This document shows, piece by piece, positions 33,461 through 36,196 of a DNA stretch of 36,196 nt. Numbering within the stretch: position 1 is the first letter of the stretch; each line of letters begins with the position of its first letter. The translations under genes were made by a program, and so were the position numbers. The notes under the pieces are model-generated. The model was not told where the DNA came from. It made no database searches and saw only the letters and a program-made list of their open reading frames with translations. Origin of the DNA: Elusimicrobia bacterium RIFCSPLOWO2_12_FULL_59_9 (lineage in GTDB: Bacteria > Elusimicrobiota > Elusimicrobia > O2-12-FULL-59-9); NCBI GenBank assembly GCA_001800185.1, contig MGUX01000167.1, positions 19,937-56,132 of the forward strand, given 5' to 3'.

Positions 33461-34651
33461 ATGTTCTATAATTCAAGCATGTTGCGGCGCTTGGCCCGGA
33501 CTCGGCTGGCATTCCTTCGGCGCATATTCCCGGTCGTGATGGTCATCGGTCCGCGTCAGTGCGGAAAAACCACCCTGGTGCGCGGCGAACTCCCAAAGTG
33601 GCGCTGTCTGGACTTGGAGAGGCCGCGGGATTGGAACATCCTGACTGCGGACCCCGAAGGGTTCTTCGCCGACAACCCAAAGCAGGTGATTATTGACGAG
33701 TCGCAAAGATATCCCGAGCTCTTCCCTCTTCTCCGGCATATCGTCGACCAAGACCGGCGGCCGGGCCGCTTCGTGCTCACGGGCTCAGCCCAACCCAGCA
33801 TGATCCGGCAAGCCGGCGAGAGCTTGGCCGGCCGGGTGGGAATCTTGGATCTCACGCCCTTCACCGCGCAGGAGCTTTCAACGCGGCCCTCATGGCTGGC
33901 ACAACGTTGGTTCTGGGGTGGATTTCCTCCCCTGTACAAACTTAGGACCGCGGCCGACAAGCGGGAATGGCTTGAGAGCTACATCGCGACGTTTCTCGCG
34001 CAGGACCTGCCGGGCCTTGGCGTGACGGTGTCCCCAACGCGCCTGCGCCGGTTCTGGACCATGGCGGCGCACCTGCATGGCCAGATACTCAGCCTCTCGG
34101 AACTGGCTCGCGCGATGGACCTTTCATACCACACGATCGCGCATTACCTCGACATCCTTGAAGGCGCCTTCGTGATCCGACGCCTTAAACCTTACCATGC
34201 CAACGTGGGCAAAAGGCTTGTTAAAAGCCCTAAGCTTTACATTCGCGACACCGGTATACTTCATTCGCTTCTTGGGCTGCGCGGCCCAACGGATCTGGAG
34301 GGATGGCCCGGCGTCGGCGCCTCCTTCGAGGGGCTGGTGGTCGAGGAGTTGGCCGTGCGCATGGGAATTGTGGGCGGCGGCCACATATTCTATTGGCGCA
34401 CCCAGGCCGGAGCGGAGGCCGATTTGATCCTGGAAGCAGGGAGGAAGCGCCTCGCCGTCGAAATAAAAACCGGACAGGGCCTTGATCCAAGGCGCTTGGC
34501 CGGTCTTAAGAGCTGCATGGCGGACCTGGGGCTGCGGCGCGGGGTCGTGCTTTACGGAGGGGCCGAGCGCTTGAAGTTGGGGCACGGGATCGAGGCCATC
34601 CCATGGCGGGACTTGGAACGCGGCGGAAAGATCTGGCCCGGCGTGTGCTGA
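33461..34651 (+). CDS. AAA-type ATPase with DUF4143-like C-terminal domain
   Basis: Walker A IGPRQCGKTTL, Walker B VIIDESQRYPELF, a winged-helix-like middle and a C-terminal EADLILE...LAVEIKTG resembling a PD-(D/E)xK nuclease core. The start could instead be ATG 33479. Confidence 0.8.
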   Translation: MFYNSSMLRRLARTRLAFLRRIFPVVMVIGPRQCGKTTLVRGELPKWRCLDLERPRDWNILTADPEGFFADNPKQVIIDESQRYPELFPLLRHIVDQDRRPGRFVLTGSAQPSMIRQAGESLAGRVGILDLTPFTAQELSTRPSWLAQRWFWGGFPPLYKLRTAADKREWLESYIATFLAQDLPGLGVTVSPTRLRRFWTMAAHLHGQILSLSELARAMDLSYHTIAHYLDILEGAFVIRRLKPYHANVGKRLVKSPKLYIRDTGILHSLLGLRGPTDLEGWPGVGASFEGLVVEELAVRMGIVGGGHIFYWRTQAGAEADLILEAGRKRLAVEIKTGQGLDPRRLAGLKSCMADLGLRRGVVLYGGAERLKLGHGIEAIPWRDLERGGKIWPGVC

Positions 34652-34777
34652 CCCGCAGGATTATCGAAAAAACTCACGACACGACATAGCATCAACGCAT
34701 TGGGAGGCCGTTCTTAGGCGCTTGGTTTTGAAATTTAACATCCCGGCCCTCGGCGGCACCCGCCCCCTCATCCCATC

Positions 34778-34830
34778 GGTTTCCGACAAAATCCCCCGTT
34801 TGTCACGTTTGTCCAAGCAGGTGCGGATTC
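34778..34830 (+). repeat. junction repeat copy C
   Basis: GGTTTCCGACAAAATCCCCCGTTTGTCACGTTTGTCCAAGCAGGTGCGGATTC. It abuts the stop codon of the antidote gene at 34831. Confidence 0.85.
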
Positions 34831-35145
34831 TTACTTTCGGACGGACTCTTGACGAATCGCCATGCAGACCTTGGCCACTAACTCCAAACTCGGCATCACC
34901 TTCTTATTGAGTAGGTTGTAAGCCGTCCTTCGCGGAATGTGGTAGCGTTTCTCAAGCTGCGCCTTATTGAGATGCCGCAAGCTCGCTGCCAGAACCTCCC
35001 GGGCCGACTCAGAGTCGCCCTCTTCTAGGCACTCCATGAAGGTCTCGAACACGAGGTTCGGATTGCTCAGCGTAGCCGACGTGTCGTGATCGAGCAGTCT
35101 TATTCTGCGATCCTTTCTTTGGCTCTTTCTCGAGTTCATCTTCAT
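34831..35145 (-). CDS. addiction-module antidote protein (HigA-like HTH, TIGR02684-type)
   Basis: Pattern LSNPNLVFETFMECLEEGDSESAREVLAASLRHLNKAQLEKRYHIPRRTAYNLLNKKVMPSLELVAKVCMAI. This matches the family signature (LedgD..., iarA.g.sqlA...G.sR..lY..L...gnP.l.tl.kv..Al). Confidence 0.7.
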   Translation of the reverse strand: MKMNSRKSQRKDRRIRLLDHDTSATLSNPNLVFETFMECLEEGDSESAREVLAASLRHLNKAQLEKRYHIPRRTAYNLLNKKVMPSLELVAKVCMAIRQESVRK

Positions 35146-35194
35146 ACCTCGCTTTCAATCTGCGGGCCTTGGCGATGTCGCTGGTTCCCAACAA
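35146..35194 (-). pseudogene. 3'-terminal stub of the cognate RelE/ParE-type 'killer' toxin gene
   Basis: The minus strand reads (L)GTSDIAKARRLKARYEDE directly upstream of the antidote ATG. This resembles the conserved C-terminus (GGDKS.Q..DI..AK.L...) of the killer proteins paired with such antidotes. Everything upstream is replaced by junction repeat D. Confidence 0.4.
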
Positions 35195-35235
35195 AATCCC
35201 TCGTTTGTCACGTTTGTCAAACTAGGTACAGATTG
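35183..35235 (+). repeat. junction repeat copy D
   Basis: GGTTCCCAACAAAATCCCTCGTTTGTCACGTTTGTCAAACTAGGTACAGATTG. Confidence 0.85.
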
Positions 35236-35261
35236 CAGGTGCCGATTTTGGGCCGAGCGAT

Positions 35262-35678
35262 CTAGGTTGGAGGAAAGTATTTGTAGAGGAACTCGCGGGG
35301 CGTTAAAATCTCGATTCCCTCAAAACGTCCCAGTGGACGAATATCTTTCAAGTCTCCCGTCACTAAGACGTCAGCCTTGGCGGCCAAGGCGCACTCTAGG
35401 ATTCGATTATCCGGCTCGTGACTGGCGATTACGTCGACCTTGGTCTTTGGCTGGACGACATGGGCAACTTCCTTGAGCGCCTCCAAGGTCTCGCGGATCT
35501 TTCCCGGCTCAAAACCTATCTTGGGTCGCGCCAGAACGCGCTCCAACTCCCAAAGGACGAAGGGCGACACGAATACCTGCAAACGGCCATCGGCGGCCAG
35601 AAGTAGAATCCGGCCCATCGGTCTCCTGGGATACAAGGCCGCGGAAACGAGAACATTGGTGTCGAGGACGATCCTCAC
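35262..35678 (-). CDS. PIN-domain toxin (TIGR00305-like)
   Basis: MRIVLDTNVLVSAAL, later acidic positions (SHEPDNRILECA, VLVTGDLKD), 138 aa, 6 nt downstream of an RHH gene. Confidence 0.85.
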   Translation of the reverse strand: MRIVLDTNVLVSAALYPRRPMGRILLLAADGRLQVFVSPFVLWELERVLARPKIGFEPGKIRETLEALKEVAHVVQPKTKVDVIASHEPDNRILECALAAKADVLVTGDLKDIRPLGRFEGIEILTPREFLYKYFPPT

Positions 35679-35684
35679 GAGAGC

Positions 35685-35924
35685 TCAGGATCGGAGTTCG
35701 TCGATCAGCCCTTCGATTTCTTCCTCTTTAAGCCCCTTGGCGCGGACTTTCTTTACCCCGTAGGTCTGGATGGCCTCCCACCGCTTCTTCCAGAAGTAGG
35801 CTCGGAGCGCCTCCCGGAAAAGGTCAGAACGCGTGCGACCCTCCTTGCGGGCGATCTTATCGGCGATGGCCAGCATCTGCGGAGGAACGGTAATCGTGAT
35901 CGGCTGCGCCTGCCGGTTCTGCAT
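35685..35924 (-). CDS. ribbon-helix-helix (CopG-type) antitoxin
   Basis: ITITVPPQMLAIADKIARKEGRTRSDLFREALRAYF is a typical RHH beta-strand plus two helices. GGGGGA SD. Direct TATGACT repeats (35934-35940, 35944-35950) lie just upstream as a possible operator. Confidence 0.8.
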   Translation of the reverse strand: MQNRQAQPITITVPPQMLAIADKIARKEGRTRSDLFREALRAYFWKKRWEAIQTYGVKKVRAKGLKEEEIEGLIDELRS

Positions 35925-36120
35925 TGGGTCCCCCTATGACTCTATATGACTTTATCATAGTTTACCAGGGAAAAGGCCGGATTTCAAGGGGAAAATTAAG
36001 TATGGTGTCCCCAGATTTCTGTCCCCAGATTTCCCTATTTTGGCCAGGGGAGGACGGCGGGCCACACCCCGCGCCTTCAAAGAGCAGGGCGTGGCTCACA
36101 AGCCTCAAGTTGTGTCAAGT

Positions 36121-36170
36121 CGATTCCGCTGAAAAACCCCCTCGTTTCATTTCGTGGGGCTGAGAATCCG
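36121..36170 (+). repeat. junction repeat copy E (degenerate)
   Basis: CGATTCCGCTGAAAAACCCCCTCGTTTCATTTCGTGGGGCTGAGAATCCG keeps the left half (ATTCCG..AAAA.CCCC.CGTTT) and GA.TCCG, but the second GTTTGTC unit has diverged. Confidence 0.5.
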
Positions 36171-36196
36171 CCTGTTGCCTAGACCGCCCAACAGGC

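Noticed and set aside
35009-35194. ORF 35009-35194(-) as an intact small gene.
   Set aside because: Only its first roughly 17 codons resemble a toxin C-terminus. The rest is an out-of-frame read through the antidote gene, and the TTG start lies inside junction repeat D.
32111-36170. Junction repeats as canonical integron attC sites, a CRISPR array, or sigma-54 promoters.
   Set aside because: There is no RYYYAAC...GTTRRRY inverted core and no long imperfect palindrome. The 400-1400 bp spacing excludes CRISPR. The GG...GC in CTAGGTACAGATTGCA (copy D) has 8 nt rather than 10 nt between the elements and is not conserved in the other copies.

Overview
GC-rich (about 60%) bacterial chromosomal segment; I cannot name the lineage by eye. 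No rRNA genes or CRISPR array are present. The window has four parts. (1) 1-11.5 kb holds housekeeping and iron genes: a secreted HEAT-repeat protein, a Fur-family regulator coupled to a 2-hydroxyacid dehydrogenase, tatA-moaA-tatC, a cytochrome c/FTR1 iron-permease fusion, two response regulators, tRNA-Arg(CCG) and alaS. (2) 11.6-19.9 kb is a tightly packed, translationally coupled two-component operon. It has soluble REC-gated hybrid kinases, two CheY-like proteins, an orphan GspE/PilB-type ATPase, and a decayed His-less kinase pair at the end. The window carries 10 REC domains in total. (3) 20-30 kb holds an intact IS630-family element in a CTAG target, an outer-membrane-barrel/lipoprotein pair, cyclophilin, an MNT/HEPN pair and a complete livJHMGF-type ABC operon. 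(4) 30-36.2 kb is an accessory, toxin-antitoxin-rich region. It contains mtgA bracketed by about 190-bp direct repeats that include a decayed copy of the livF 3' end, vapBC, a 95-bp MITE derived from the IS630 element, an FKBP isomerase, a DUF4143-type ATPase, an orphan antidote with a toxin stub, and a PIN/RHH pair. Five same-orientation copies of a roughly 50-bp junction repeat partition this region into cassette-like modules. Other non-coding signals are a second MITE family (two TA-flanked copies, one inserted exactly between the moaA stop and the tatC start) and an 11-unit octamer array plus a hairpin train between alaS and the tRNA. The most promising candidates for something undescribed are the junction-repeat cassette array and the sensor-less REC/kinase/GspE-ATPase operon. 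Functional interpretations of both are inference only.
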